A stretch of 64,000 bases of DNA from Bacteroidales bacterium (GCA_031276035.1 JAISNV010000028.1:55222-119221), one strand, 5' to 3'. Counted from the stretch's first letter, positions 46,441-57,187 are shown. Notes: generated from the sequence alone by a model not told the origin. Numbers and translations are program-made.

Positions 46441-47589
46441 ATGAATAATAATTTTTCTATTAATATAATTTCTTTTAACGTTCCATACCCACCTAACTAT
46501 GGCGGAACTATTGATATTTTTTATAAAATAAAGACTTTAAATGAGTTAGGTGTAAAAATTCATTTACATTGCTTTTATTATAATAGAGACAAAGCTCCCG
46601 AACTTAATAAATATTGTGAATCTGTTAATTATTATAATCGAGATACGGGCTTCAAAAGCAACCTGTCATTTACACCTTATATAATTGCCAGCCGCAAATC
46701 CGACAAACTCGCAGAAAATTTATTAAAAAACGATTTTCCCATCATTTTCGAAGGTCTGCATTCTTGTTTTTTAATTGATGATGAAAGATTTAAAGATAGA
46801 TTGAGAATATACAGGGAAAGCAATATCGAACATGAATACTATTATCACCTCGGGAAATCATCTAAAAAATTTGTAGATAAATTCTATTATTTTATTGAAA
46901 GTTTCAGGTTGAAATTATTTCAAAAGAAATTAAGGCATGCCGACATCATGTTAGTTGTATCAAGAAATGATCAAAAATATCTTCAAGAAAAATTTCCTGA
47001 TAATAAAATTTATTATATACCAAGTTTTCATGGAAATGAAGAAGTAGTTTCAAAAACCGGAAAAGGTGAATATCTTCTTTATCATGGGAATTTATCAGTA
47101 GAAGAAAATATCGTAGCGGCAAATTATCTGATTAATAACGTTTTTTCTAAAATTTCTGAAAAAGTAATTATTGCTGGATTGGATCCGGATGATTCAATAA
47201 AAAAGAATGTTTCAAAATATGCAAATATTGAACTTATTGCAAATCCGGATGAAAATGAGATGCGCAAGCTAATTGAAAATGCTCATATCAATATTCTTTA
47301 CACCCAACAAGCAACCGGATTAAAATTAAAGTTATTAAATGTGCTTTATCAAGGACGTTTCGTTCTTGTTAACTCAAAAATGTGCGCCGGAACTAATTTA
47401 AATAATCTATGTATTATTGCCGATACCTCTATGGATATGATAAACAAAATCGAATTTTTATTCAAACAGGATTTTTCAAATGAAGATATTTTAATGCGAA
47501 ATGCTAAACTTGATGAAATTTTTAATGATAAAAAAGGAGGACAAGAAATCATTTCCTTAATTGAGAAAAATTATAAATCAATACAATAA
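46441..47589 (+). CDS. glycosyltransferase (GT-B fold, family 1/4-like)
   Basis: Start moved to ATG 46441 (MNNNFSINIISFNVPYPPNYGG). The C-terminal half has the E..G..L.E-like pattern of GT-B enzymes. Weak motif support. Confidence 0.5.
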   Translation: MNNNFSINIISFNVPYPPNYGGTIDIFYKIKTLNELGVKIHLHCFYYNRDKAPELNKYCESVNYYNRDTGFKSNLSFTPYIIASRKSDKLAENLLKNDFPIIFEGLHSCFLIDDERFKDRLRIYRESNIEHEYYYHLGKSSKKFVDKFYYFIESFRLKLFQKKLRHADIMLVVSRNDQKYLQEKFPDNKIYYIPSFHGNEEVVSKTGKGEYLLYHGNLSVEENIVAANYLINNVFSKISEKVIIAGLDPDDSIKKNVSKYANIELIANPDENEMRKLIENAHINILYTQQATGLKLKLLNVLYQGRFVLVNSKMCAGTNLNNLCIIADTSMDMINKIEFLFKQDFSNEDILMRNAKLDEIFNDKKGGQEIISLIEKNYKSIQ

Positions 47590-49308
47590 CTCTCTTTCTA
47601 TTTCAGAAACATTTCCGCAATTATCCTTAACCGTTAACTTGAAAATATTTTTTCCTTTCTTAAGTTTATAATCAAAGCTGTATATCAACACATTATTCTT
47701 TGCATCATAATCCATTAAAATCCATTCGCCGTTTAATGTCGGGCGAAACGAAGCTATTCCGGTTTCTTCATCTTTAATGTAAACTTTAAATTCTTTAAGA
47801 TTCGAAATGTCAGTTACACTGTTTTTATTTAAGGCGGAACAATTAATACTCGGCGGATTAATATCACAAAATAGTGCATATGAGCCCATATTACGAGTGC
47901 TGGCAGTTAACCAATCTCCGGATAATTTGCTGTTACAATAAACCCAATTACCTTTATCATTCAAAGTTGCGACATACAATCTTGCCTTAACATCATCCGT
48001 AATTTCCGGATTTATTTTCAATGAAATATCAAAAGGTGAAAAGGAAGTTATTGTTCTGTCTCCGACTGCATAAACAGCCGAATAGATATTTTTCTCGGAA
48101 CTTTCTATTTTTGAAAAATTAAACTTTATATCATCAAACAATTTATTTGCTTTAATATCAAGTTTAAAATCATCCAATATCAATTTATTATCCTGATTAT
48201 ATTTAAAATGATAATCAAATTCTTTTCCTGATTTTACATCATAACAATTATCATCTGCAATAATTGTAAAGGTTAATACTGAAGTATTTAAATATGTATC
48301 TTTAACAATGTATTTTACAGTATGAGGTTGGCTATCGTTAAGTTCAACAATCCCGTTATTTTTAGTAAACTTCAACATATTCAGCTTATTATTAGGTTCG
48401 GAATATGTTTTATAAACTCTGTATTTATTATTAATATATGTAGGGTAATCAATGATGCTGTTTATATAGCGAGTATCAGCAAATAAGAATCCATCTGCAA
48501 CAAAGGAATAAATAGTATCATTGTCAATAACACAGTCAATAGTATAAATTCCGTTTTTATTATCCACATCATTCATTGCATCATAAGTACCAATTCCTAA
48601 GTAAATCCGACCCTTAATTTTCAGGGTATCATTATTTTCTATTCGATATTCTTCTCCCCAACCGGCAATTTTGCAATTATAAGCTTGGTTTTTACCATTA
48701 ATAAATGAAGAATTATCGCAAGGAAAAATTCTAAGATGATTAATCTTCGGCCGGGTCCAATCCTTAACCGGAAAATCAAACAACAACGGATTCAGAGGTT
48801 TTTCGTTACTTGTTTTTCTTATTTCGAAATGCAGATGCGGGCCACCCGAAGAACCGGAATTTCCGGAAATCGCAATTAAGTCGCCCTGTTTAACAGGAAA
48901 AGTTTCGGCATTCAAATAAATATTCGCAGGAAAACTCTCATTATCATATTGATATTTTTTTGCATATTTATCAATATCCTCTCTAAAACGATCTAGATGT
49001 GCATAAACAGAAGTATAACCATTTGTATGAACAATATATAATGCTTTTCCAAAACCTCCGGAACTAACTGCAATTCTTGATACATATCCATCTGCTACAG
49101 CATAAACATTTTTTCCGATTGCGCCGCCGGTTTTTATATCAATTCCCGAATGAAAATGACTATCACGCAATTCTGCAAAAGAGCCTGAGAGATACATCGC
49201 ACCTTTCATAGGCGGAATAAATTCTTGCGCATAAATAATGTTTCCAAAGTTCAAGGCAAAAAGAAAAATGGAAAACAAACCTTTTATGTATAAATTTAAA
49301 AACCTCAT
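47578..49308 (-). CDS. M23 family metallopeptidase with a large C-terminal extension
   Basis: Start moved to ATG 49308 (MRFLNLYIKG...IIYAQ signal). M23 motifs HFHSGIDI and GGPHLHFEI. The 3' end overlaps the convergent glycosyltransferase gene by 12 nt. Confidence 0.8.
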   Translation of the reverse strand: MRFLNLYIKGLFSIFLFALNFGNIIYAQEFIPPMKGAMYLSGSFAELRDSHFHSGIDIKTGGAIGKNVYAVADGYVSRIAVSSGGFGKALYIVHTNGYTSVYAHLDRFREDIDKYAKKYQYDNESFPANIYLNAETFPVKQGDLIAISGNSGSSGGPHLHFEIRKTSNEKPLNPLLFDFPVKDWTRPKINHLRIFPCDNSSFINGKNQAYNCKIAGWGEEYRIENNDTLKIKGRIYLGIGTYDAMNDVDNKNGIYTIDCVIDNDTIYSFVADGFLFADTRYINSIIDYPTYINNKYRVYKTYSEPNNKLNMLKFTKNNGIVELNDSQPHTVKYIVKDTYLNTSVLTFTIIADDNCYDVKSGKEFDYHFKYNQDNKLILDDFKLDIKANKLFDDIKFNFSKIESSEKNIYSAVYAVGDRTITSFSPFDISLKINPEITDDVKARLYVATLNDKGNWVYCNSKLSGDWLTASTRNMGSYALFCDINPPSINCSALNKNSVTDISNLKEFKVYIKDEETGIASFRPTLNGEWILMDYDAKNNVLIYSFDYKLKKGKNIFKLTVKDNCGNVSEIERELLY

Positions 49309-49421
49309 AACAGTTAACTTAAAAGCAAACGCGAAAATATAAAAAAATATTTTTCCGTACAAATCTTGTAATTTAACAAAATATTTCTATCTTTGCAATC
49401 GCAAACTTCAATAAAGAAGTT

Positions 49422-49495
49422 GGGCCTATAGCTCAGTTGGTTAGAGCACCTGACTCATAATCAGGTGGTCCCTGGTTCGAGCCCAGGTGGGCCCA
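49422..49495 (+). tRNA. tRNA with CAT anticodon (elongator Met or lysidine-modified Ile2; leaning Ile2)
   Basis: GGGCCTATAGCTCAGTTGGTTAGAGCACCTGACTCATAATCAGGTGGTCCCTGGTTCGAGCCCAGGTGGGCCCA. Clean cloverleaf with anticodon loop CTCATAA. C4-G69 and C5-G68 acceptor pairs resemble TilS determinants known from E. coli tRNA-Ile2. Confidence 0.85.
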
Positions 49496-49508
49496 CAAAC
49501 AACAAATA

Positions 49509-49549
49509 AAAAATGTAGAGGCGCAAAATATATGTCTCTACATTTTTTG
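49509..49549 (+). terminator. rho-independent terminator after the tRNA
   Basis: atgtagag (49513-49520) pairs with ctctacat (49536-49543), followed by TTTTTT. Confidence 0.65.
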
Positions 49550-49568
49550 TTTAAACTGAATTATATTT

Positions 49569-51047
49569 ATGAATTACATTATCTCATCGCAAAAAATTAG
49601 CATACAAGAAATCGAAACAATTATCCGTGAAAATCACACGATTTCACTTTCCGAAGAATCAAAAAATAAGATAGTAAAATGCAGGGAATATCTTGATAAG
49701 AAACTTGCCGCATCTCAAAATCCGATTTACGGAATTAATACCGGTTTCGGTTCTCTTTGTAATACAAGCATTGATGAAAAAGATCTTTCTCAGTTGCAAA
49801 TCAACCTGGTTATGTCGCATGCATGCGGCTGCGGCGAAGAAGTACCGCAGGAAATTGTAAAGATAATGTTACTTCTAAAAGTTAAATCCCTTTCTTTCGG
49901 ACATTCGGGAGTAAAACTTGATACAGTTGAAAGATTAATTTATTTTTTTAATAATGATATTACTCCTGTAGTTTACAAACAAGGTTCGTTAGGTGCTTCC
50001 GGCGATCTGGCTCCTTTGGCACATCTATCACTGCCTTTGCTTGGAATGGGAGAAGTATATTATAAGGGTGAGAAATATAATTCTTCGGATATACTTTCTA
50101 AGTTTAATTTGCAAGCTATAGGTTTAGCCTCAAAAGAAGGATTAGCGTTATTAAACGGCACGCAATTTATGCAAGCTTTCGGAGTTTACAGTTTGATAAA
50201 AGGAAATAACCTGAGCAATTTGTCGGATCTTATCGCTTCCGTTTCCCTCGAAGCTTTCGACGCCAAAATAGATCCTTTTGATCCGCTCTTGCACACCATC
50301 AGAAATCATAAAGGTCAAATTGAAACCGCCAAAAATATCAGCGAGATTTTATCAGACAGCAAAATAATTCATCGTGAGAAGAAACATGTTCAGGATCCTT
50401 ACTCTTTCAGATGCATTCCACAAGTTCACGGAGCTTCCAAAGATGCAATCGAATATGCTACAAGAATTTTTGAGGAAGAGATTAACGCAGTAACTGACAA
50501 CCCGACTATTTTTCCGGAGGAAGATAAGATTTTATCCGGAGGAAATTTTCACGGACAGCCTCTGGCAATATCAATGGATTTTCTTGCAATTGCACTTGCC
50601 GAACTTGCAAATATTTCGGAAAGAAGAACTTACCAATTGATTTCCGGAAAACGCAATTTACCGAGTTTTCTTATTGCAAAATCTGGATTAAACTCAGGAT
50701 TTATGATTCCGCAATATGCAGCCGCTTCAATAGTTAGCCAGAACAAACAACTCTGCACCCCCGCTTCGGTAGATTCCATCGAATCATCTCAAGGGCAGGA
50801 AGATCATGTTAGTATGGGAGCAAACAGTGCAACTAAGCTGTTTACGGTGACTAATAATGTTGAAACGGTTTTAGCAATTGAATTAATGACAGCAGCACAA
50901 GCTTTAGACTTCAGAAAAGATGCCAAGGCATCAACTAAGATCAGAGAATTCGTTTCCGAATACAGAAAACATGTTACTTTCGTAGAAAACGACAGGTATC
51001 TTCATCCTGATATAAAAAAATCAGTAGAATTTATAGATAAGTTCTAA
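49569..51047 (+). CDS. hutH: histidine ammonia-lyase
   Basis: 492 aa. MIO-forming GSLGASGDLAPLAH motif, plus NTGFG and QEDHVSMG blocks. Confidence 0.9.
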   Translation: MNYIISSQKISIQEIETIIRENHTISLSEESKNKIVKCREYLDKKLAASQNPIYGINTGFGSLCNTSIDEKDLSQLQINLVMSHACGCGEEVPQEIVKIMLLLKVKSLSFGHSGVKLDTVERLIYFFNNDITPVVYKQGSLGASGDLAPLAHLSLPLLGMGEVYYKGEKYNSSDILSKFNLQAIGLASKEGLALLNGTQFMQAFGVYSLIKGNNLSNLSDLIASVSLEAFDAKIDPFDPLLHTIRNHKGQIETAKNISEILSDSKIIHREKKHVQDPYSFRCIPQVHGASKDAIEYATRIFEEEINAVTDNPTIFPEEDKILSGGNFHGQPLAISMDFLAIALAELANISERRTYQLISGKRNLPSFLIAKSGLNSGFMIPQYAAASIVSQNKQLCTPASVDSIESSQGQEDHVSMGANSATKLFTVTNNVETVLAIELMTAAQALDFRKDAKASTKIREFVSEYRKHVTFVENDRYLHPDIKKSVEFIDKF

Positions 51048-51078
51048 TTTTTGTATTTGAATATTTATTTATTCTTAT

Positions 51079-51294
51079 TTATTTACAATCTTGTGATCTG
51101 CTGATCTTATCTACCTTCTTATAGAATTTATATAAATGATACACTATATAAATTATTACAAGAATTATACTTGCAACAAATAAAATAAAAACAGGTAATA
51201 ACAACATGTTTACACTTTGCATTTTTAAAATTGCATAGAGAAAGTAAAATATCACCGGTAATAATAATATTAGTAAAAATTTTAATGTTTTCAT
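51079..51294 (-). CDS. small 2-TM membrane protein (71 aa)
   Basis: Two hydrophobic helices. The start overlaps the stop of the upstream Cys-rich gene (ATGA). Confidence 0.5.
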   Translation of the reverse strand: MKTLKFLLILLLPVIFYFLYAILKMQSVNMLLLPVFILFVASIILVIIYIVYHLYKFYKKVDKISRSQDCK

Positions 51295-51860
51295 AATAAG
51301 AAGTATTTTGTTAATGAAGTAACAACATTCTCGCTTTTATCTGATGGTGAACTTACTGTTGTTGTTACTGAATGTTCACACCAACCAAATTCACAACATT
51401 TACATCCGTTAATTTCTCCATTATTGTTAGTTCTAAATTCACAACAAGAACAACCAATTAATAAACCGGATGCTGATTTACATGTATGCGTTACTGGTGG
51501 TTTTTCTTGTTCTTTTGAAAAATCGGCATCACTCTTAACAGAAGTTAAGGGATAAGCTATCGCATAATTACAAACAATTAAGGAATCTTCTATATAAGTA
51601 TTAGCATCTCCATAAACAATTAAATACTTAATTGTATCATTTCCGAAATCAACAATCTTCGTTTCTGTAATATTGATAATATTTTTACCATCAATCAATA
51701 TTTTACCAATCAGGTCTATTTTTATATAAAAATCTTCGCCCACTCCATTGCAAAGGGCAATATCAGTTCCACTTAAATAGTAATTAGTTTTATCTTTTGC
51801 ATGAACATTTATAGCAAACAAAAGGCAAACTGTCATTAATACGATAATTGTTCTTCTCAT
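51291..51860 (-). CDS. secreted protein with a duplicated Cys-rich GC[SK]CCEF motif
   Basis: 189 aa. Signal peptide ending NVHA-KDK. The C-terminal region TCKSASGLLIGCSCCEFRTNNNGEINGCKCCEFGWCEH has 8 Cys in about 40 aa. No family recognised. Confidence 0.55.
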   Translation of the reverse strand: MRRTIIVLMTVCLLFAINVHAKDKTNYYLSGTDIALCNGVGEDFYIKIDLIGKILIDGKNIINITETKIVDFGNDTIKYLIVYGDANTYIEDSLIVCNYAIAYPLTSVKSDADFSKEQEKPPVTHTCKSASGLLIGCSCCEFRTNNNGEINGCKCCEFGWCEHSVTTTVSSPSDKSENVVTSLTKYFLL

Positions 51861-52311
51861 TGTATTCCAGTTTAATGTTAATAATTTGCAAATATAAAAA
51901 AAATATTTTTATCAAATTGTAAAAAACTTCAAATATTTTTTTACTTTTGAGTCTAAATATATTAAAAAATTTAATGTAAAATTATATTTTCTTATGCTCG
52001 TACTACATTTTTGCAATATATAATCTTCACCAACAATCTACACAAAATAAGTTATGATTATTATGATAAATTCAGTTATTAATTTGTTGTATATAAGTTT
52101 TACTATATCCTTAAAATTTCATTTCAAATATTTTTTCAATAGCTAATTATTCTTTTAAGATACATTAATATCTTCTTTTCATAAATGTCTAATATTATTT
52201 ATTCTAAAATCTTTTCAATATATAATAATCGACTAACAATCAACAAACTGTCACAACAAACCCTAATTCCTTAAAAATTTCATTTTATATTGTTATTTAT
52301 CATTTTCTCTT

Positions 52312-52319
52312 TAATTTTG
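52312..52319 (+). promoter_or_regulatory. candidate -7 box (TAATTTTG) for the DUF4301-like gene
   Basis: Exact TAnnTTTG 19 nt upstream of ATG 52338. Confidence 0.4.
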
Positions 52320-52337
52320 CAGAAAAAATTTATCATT

Positions 52338-53861
52338 ATGTTTTCTAAAGAAGATATCGAACAAATTAAAGTCAAAGGCATCAGTCCGGAAACAATAGAA
52401 AAACAACTTGAAATTTTTAGAAAAGGCGCTAAACATATCAAACTTTACAGAAGTGCGGTATTTATGCAAGATATTTCGGATATACTCAGCAAAGACGCCG
52501 TTGCCATGGAACCTGAGTTTAAAGTTTTGAGTTTCATTCCTGCAAGCGGAGCCGCAACACGAATGTTTGATAACTTATATAAAACTCTTGCGGCTATTAA
52601 TGATGTCGGAGAGGAAAATTTTATTTTGAAAATAGATAATGACCATCAATCTGCTTTTACCTTTTTTAATAACATCAAGAAATTCGCTTTCTTTGACGAA
52701 TTGGACGAATGTTTGAAAAAAGACGGGTTAAATATTAACGAGCTACTTAAAAAAAATAAATATAAAATTATTTTAGAATATATTCTTGGTAATAAAGGGT
52801 TGAATTTTGGTTCGAAACCGAAAGCCTTAATCCCATTTCACAAGGAAAAAGACAGGTTGAAATGTGCTTATGAGGAGCATATTACGGAGGCTGCTAAATA
52901 TACAAAAGGTAAAGATATTTACTTACACTTTACTTTATCGCCCGAACATCTTAATGAATTTAATGAAAACTTTTTTAAGATTAAGGATTATTACGAAAAT
53001 CAGCTCGATAAGAAAATTCATGTAGAAACCTCCATACAATCTCCTTCCACCGATACAATTGCTGTAAATCCCGACAATACTTTATTTAGAAATTCGGATA
53101 ACAGTTTGTTATTCCGCCCGGGCGGGCACGGCGCATTAATTCATAATCTCAATGAATTAGATGCCGATTTCATTCTGATAAAAAACATTGATAATGTTGT
53201 ACCCGACAGCAGGAAAAGTCTTATTATCAGAACCAGATTAAAAATGATGGACGATTTTGCTCAATTCTGTGCTTTAAGAAATGAAGCACTTCATATTCTG
53301 GAAAATGCAATCGAAAATAAAAAAGAAATAAACCTCACATTACCGGAGTCTATTGCAGTTACGGTATTAAAATTATTTCCACCCGACAATTACGACACAT
53401 TAGAATATAATGAAAAATTAAACGTATTATATAATCTATTAAACAGGCCGATACGTGTCTGCGGAGTGGTTAAAAACGAAGGTGAACCTGGCGGCGGCCC
53501 GTTTGTAACCTACGATAATGACAAATTATCAATGCAAATTGTAGAAAAATCACAAATCGACATAAACAATCCTGATCAGGTTAAAATATTTGAAAGTTCA
53601 AAATATTTCAATCCTGTAGATATTATTTGTTGTACAAAAAATCACAAAGCCGAAAAGTACAATCTTGAAATTTATATTGATCATGATGCCGGATTTATCT
53701 CCAACAAAACTAAAGACGGCAAGCCATTGAAAGCTCTGGAATTACCTGGTTTATGGAATGGTGCCATGAGCAATTGGATAACAATTTTTGTCGAAGTTCC
53801 GATAGAAACTTTCAATCCGGTAAAAACAGTAAACGATTTACTACGGCCTTCGCATCAATAA
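52338..53861 (+). CDS. DUF4301 family protein (nucleotidyltransferase-like)
   Basis: Start moved to ATG 52338 (MFSKEDIEQIKVKGIS). FIPASGAATRMF and RPGGHGAL motifs recall sugar-nucleotide pyrophosphorylase-like folds. Family name is from memory. Confidence 0.5.
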   Translation: MFSKEDIEQIKVKGISPETIEKQLEIFRKGAKHIKLYRSAVFMQDISDILSKDAVAMEPEFKVLSFIPASGAATRMFDNLYKTLAAINDVGEENFILKIDNDHQSAFTFFNNIKKFAFFDELDECLKKDGLNINELLKKNKYKIILEYILGNKGLNFGSKPKALIPFHKEKDRLKCAYEEHITEAAKYTKGKDIYLHFTLSPEHLNEFNENFFKIKDYYENQLDKKIHVETSIQSPSTDTIAVNPDNTLFRNSDNSLLFRPGGHGALIHNLNELDADFILIKNIDNVVPDSRKSLIIRTRLKMMDDFAQFCALRNEALHILENAIENKKEINLTLPESIAVTVLKLFPPDNYDTLEYNEKLNVLYNLLNRPIRVCGVVKNEGEPGGGPFVTYDNDKLSMQIVEKSQIDINNPDQVKIFESSKYFNPVDIICCTKNHKAEKYNLEIYIDHDAGFISNKTKDGKPLKALELPGLWNGAMSNWITIFVEVPIETFNPVKTVNDLLRPSHQ

Positions 53862-53885
53862 AAAATACAAAAATACAGGTAACGG

Positions 53886-55754
53886 CTAAATAGCTTCTTC
53901 CCTCAAATTCTCCATGATAAAAATCTGCCGGTCTTTATCATTCTCTCCCATATAAAAAGATAACAATTCAGGAATCTGAGATGCTGTACTAAGTAAAACG
54001 GGATCAAGCCTCATGTTTTTACCAATCAAATTTCCGAATTCATCAGGACTAATTTCACCAAGACCTTTAAATCTAGTAATTTCGGGGTCTTTAACTTCTT
54101 TTATCGCTTTTATTCTCTCCTCTTCGGTATAACAATATCGCGTTTCTTTTTTGTTTCTAACCCTAAAAAGAGGTGTTTGCAAAATGTAAACATGTCCGCT
54201 CTTCACTAATTCAGGATAAAATTGCAAAAAGAAAGTCAGAAGTAAAAGCCTGATATGCATTCCGTCGACATCAGCGTCTGTAGCGATAACAACATTGTTG
54301 TATCTTAAACCTTCCAAACCGTTTTCGATGTTTAGAGCAGACTGCAGAAGATTGAATTCTTCGTTTTGATAAGCAATATGTTTTGGTTTCCCGTAACAGT
54401 TTTGCGGTTTTCCGCGTAAACTAAATACGGCCTGAGTTAAGACATCACGCGATTTTGTTATTGAACCGCTGGCAGATAATCCTTCGGTAATGAAAATCGT
54501 AGATTCCAATTTTCTTTCATTATTAGTATTGAAATGAACTCTACAATCGCGAAGTTTTTTATTATTAAGACTTGCTTTCTTCGAAGTTTCACGCGAAATC
54601 TTTTTTATTTCGTTTATTTCTTTTCTTTCTTTTTCCGAAGCTACAATTCTCTTGAGCATACTTTCGGCAACATCCTTATCTTTATGAAGATAATTATCAA
54701 GATTTCTCTTAATAAAATCATTAATAAAAGTTCTTATTGACCTTCCGTCGGGTTCCATTAACAATGAGCCTAATTTAGTTTTAGTTTGTCCCTCAAAATT
54801 AGGTTCAGTAATTTTGATACTTAGAGCAACAATAAGAGAATGACGAACATCCTGAGGATCGAAATCCTTCTTGTAAAAATCCTTAACAGTTTTCACAAAA
54901 GCTTCTTTAAGAGCAGCAACATGTGTACCGCCGTGAGGTGTATACTGACTGTTTGCAAAAGAAAAATACTCTTCACTATACGAGCTGTTCCTGTGAGTAA
55001 AAGCAACATCAATATCATCATCATAAAAATGTACGATAGGATATTCCATTTCACTCTCGGTTATGTTTTGCGCAAGCAAATCAAGTAATCCGTTTTTAGA
55101 AAGATATTTCTCACCGTTGTAATTGATTGTAAGTCCGATATTCAAATAACAATAATTCCAAAGAAGTTTATCAATATATTCTTCAATAAAATGATAATTG
55201 GTAAACAAGTCATTATCTGGTGTGAAAATAATTTTCGTGCCGTTTTTTTCTTCGCTGTATTCCAAACCCGATTCAAAAACGAGTTCGCCTTTAGAAAATT
55301 CAACAATTTTCTTTTCGCCGTTTCTAACACTTTCCGCTCTGAAAAACGAAGAAAGTGCATTAACAGCCTTAAGTCCGACACCATTTAAACCGACCGATCT
55401 TTTAAATGCACCGGAATCATATTTTGCGCCTGTATTGATTTTGGAAACACAATCTTTAAGACTGCCCAAAGGAATACCGCGTCCGAAATCTCTAACTGTA
55501 ACGGTTCCGCTTTCATCAATATCCAAATTAATTGCTTTACCGCAGCCCATCATAAATTCATCGACGGAGTTATCCAGTACCTCTTTCAATAAAATATAAA
55601 TCCCGTCATCTTGTGTAGCTCCATCGCCAAGTTTACCGATATACATACCTGAGCGATGCCTGATATGTTGATTCCAAGCTAAGGTTTTTACACTGTCATC
55701 GTTATAATTGGGGTCGTTTGTAACAAGCAGATTATTTACTTCTTCAGTAGCCAT
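53886..55754 (-). CDS. parE: type IIA topoisomerase B subunit, probably topoisomerase IV subunit B
   Basis: 622 aa. GHKL ATPase N-terminus ([40 protein letters not shown]) and Toprim ([21 protein letters not shown]). The short length favours ParE over GyrB. Confidence 0.7.
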   Translation of the reverse strand: MATEEVNNLLVTNDPNYNDDSVKTLAWNQHIRHRSGMYIGKLGDGATQDDGIYILLKEVLDNSVDEFMMGCGKAINLDIDESGTVTVRDFGRGIPLGSLKDCVSKINTGAKYDSGAFKRSVGLNGVGLKAVNALSSFFRAESVRNGEKKIVEFSKGELVFESGLEYSEEKNGTKIIFTPDNDLFTNYHFIEEYIDKLLWNYCYLNIGLTINYNGEKYLSKNGLLDLLAQNITESEMEYPIVHFYDDDIDVAFTHRNSSYSEEYFSFANSQYTPHGGTHVAALKEAFVKTVKDFYKKDFDPQDVRHSLIVALSIKITEPNFEGQTKTKLGSLLMEPDGRSIRTFINDFIKRNLDNYLHKDKDVAESMLKRIVASEKERKEINEIKKISRETSKKASLNNKKLRDCRVHFNTNNERKLESTIFITEGLSASGSITKSRDVLTQAVFSLRGKPQNCYGKPKHIAYQNEEFNLLQSALNIENGLEGLRYNNVVIATDADVDGMHIRLLLLTFFLQFYPELVKSGHVYILQTPLFRVRNKKETRYCYTEEERIKAIKEVKDPEITRFKGLGEISPDEFGNLIGKNMRLDPVLLSTASQIPELLSFYMGENDKDRQIFIMENLREEAI

Positions 55755-56866
55755 GCGTCTTTATATCCTTTCTTAACTAATTCATTTTTTAATATTTCTG
55801 CATCATCTTTATTGACGAATGAGCCGGCAGCAATACGGAATTGGTATTTTGCATCTTTATCGAAAACCGCACTTGAGTTTGAATACCCAATCTTTTTCAT
55901 ATTGGCAACAGCTTCATCTGCCGAGTGTTTATCCGAAGCAACCGAAACAATTACATACCACATTTCCGATGAAACAATTGTGTTTTCCTGTATAGCCGGA
56001 GTTTGAGGAACTACTACGGTTTCTTCAACAAATTTTTCCTCGATTATAGTTTTTTCATCAGGAATTTTATCGAAATTTTCGAAATCATCATCAGAAGTAT
56101 TTTCTTCTTTTATCTTATTTATTTCATCAAGACCGATTGTAGTACTGCTGTAAGTTACTTCAACTTCATGTTTATTTTGTGAGTTATCGTTTTGACTTTT
56201 ATTTGCATCATTAACATCCGCTCTGTCCCGTACAAAAACACCTCCAGGTGTTGTCGCAACAGTTTTAATCTCTTGACTTGTAGTTTCTTGCACAACCGGC
56301 ATTTCCGCACATTTCTCAACTTCGGTAAATTTATCTTCCGATGGTCCGAACCAAACACAGAGATAACCTTCAAAATATCCCACTCCAATTGCAAGCCATT
56401 TTGTTGATGCATAAGGTTGTTTATTTAGTATAAGATTATTGAACGGAGGATTTTTTTTCCATTCATTTAAAACATCTTGGGCGGTATAATTATCCGACCC
56501 ATAATACACAAGTTCTATGGATTGTCCTTTATACTGAGTCAACTCCGAAGGTTTGTTTTTCATGTCTTTAAAAGCAGTTTTGCTTTTATTATAACAAATT
56601 CTACTCCATCTGCCCTTATTCGACCATGAATTTAAAGAACCGCAATTATCCTGAGGCCTATTAATGCATAAATCCTTTGCATGAACATCAGCCACATAAC
56701 ATAATGAAGCAGATAGCTTCAATTCAGGTAAATTATTCTCAACTCTATATTGATTTATCAAATTAATGATTTCTTGTTCTTTATTATCAAGACATATCGA
56801 AGAAAAATCTTGTGATGATAAAGATAAAGACAATAAAATGAATATAATTGTCACAAAATATTTCAT
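55736..56866 (-). CDS. secreted CAP (SCP/PR-1-like) domain - linker - SPOR domain protein
   Basis: 376 aa with a signal peptide. CAP-like [36 protein letters not shown] ... GYLCVWFG. Acidic/Thr-rich linker. C-terminal SPOR-like [26 protein letters not shown]...[32 protein letters not shown]. Overlaps the parE start by 19 nt. Confidence 0.7.
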   Translation of the reverse strand: MKYFVTIIFILLSLSLSSQDFSSICLDNKEQEIINLINQYRVENNLPELKLSASLCYVADVHAKDLCINRPQDNCGSLNSWSNKGRWSRICYNKSKTAFKDMKNKPSELTQYKGQSIELVYYGSDNYTAQDVLNEWKKNPPFNNLILNKQPYASTKWLAIGVGYFEGYLCVWFGPSEDKFTEVEKCAEMPVVQETTSQEIKTVATTPGGVFVRDRADVNDANKSQNDNSQNKHEVEVTYSSTTIGLDEINKIKEENTSDDDFENFDKIPDEKTIIEEKFVEETVVVPQTPAIQENTIVSSEMWYVIVSVASDKHSADEAVANMKKIGYSNSSAVFDKDAKYQFRIAAGSFVNKDDAEILKNELVKKGYKDAWLLKK

Positions 56867-57066
56867 ATGTAAATAACTTTAATCGTTTACTGTTAATTAA
56901 CGTCATCTGATCCGAACATATCGGACACATGACTCAAAAAATAAACAAAGCATCATGAAAATCAACAAAATATTTATTCTCATTTATAGCACATTGCCAT
57001 GTTGATTTCATAATTTATATCTGCCTATTAATTGATTTGCAAAAATACGAAACAATTGAAAATTCT

Positions 57067-57094
57067 AATTAATAATTAACAATTAATAATTAAC
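57067..57094. repeat. 2 x 14-bp perfect tandem repeat (aattaataattaac) in an AT-rich intergenic region
   Basis: Unit at 57067-57080 repeated exactly at 57081-57094, followed by a degenerate partial third copy. Confidence 0.6.
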
Positions 57095-57149
57095 AATTTA
57101 AAGTTAATAATGATTGGAGAAAAGTATTAGGTATAGAGATAATAACTGA

Positions 57150-57187
57150 ATAAAAGTTAGAATGTATTCAATGCAGAAACATTCTAA
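57150..57187 (-). terminator. candidate rho-independent terminator after the giant T9SS gene
   Basis: 9-bp stem ttagaatgt (57157-57165) / acattctaa (57179-57187), 13-nt loop, and a T-rich run (CTTTTATT) downstream on the minus strand. Confidence 0.45.

Noticed and set aside
47578-47589. 12-nt overlap of the convergent glycosyltransferase and M23 peptidase 3' ends.
   Set aside because: Convergent stop-region overlaps are common in compact genomes. No hairpin or other signal suggests antisense regulation.
57067-57094. The 2 x 14-bp tandem repeat aattaataattaac as a possible regulatory or binding-site array.
   Set aside because: It has only two copies and is pure A/T low-complexity sequence in an AT-rich spacer. 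It is recorded as a repeat feature but is not convincing as a functional element.
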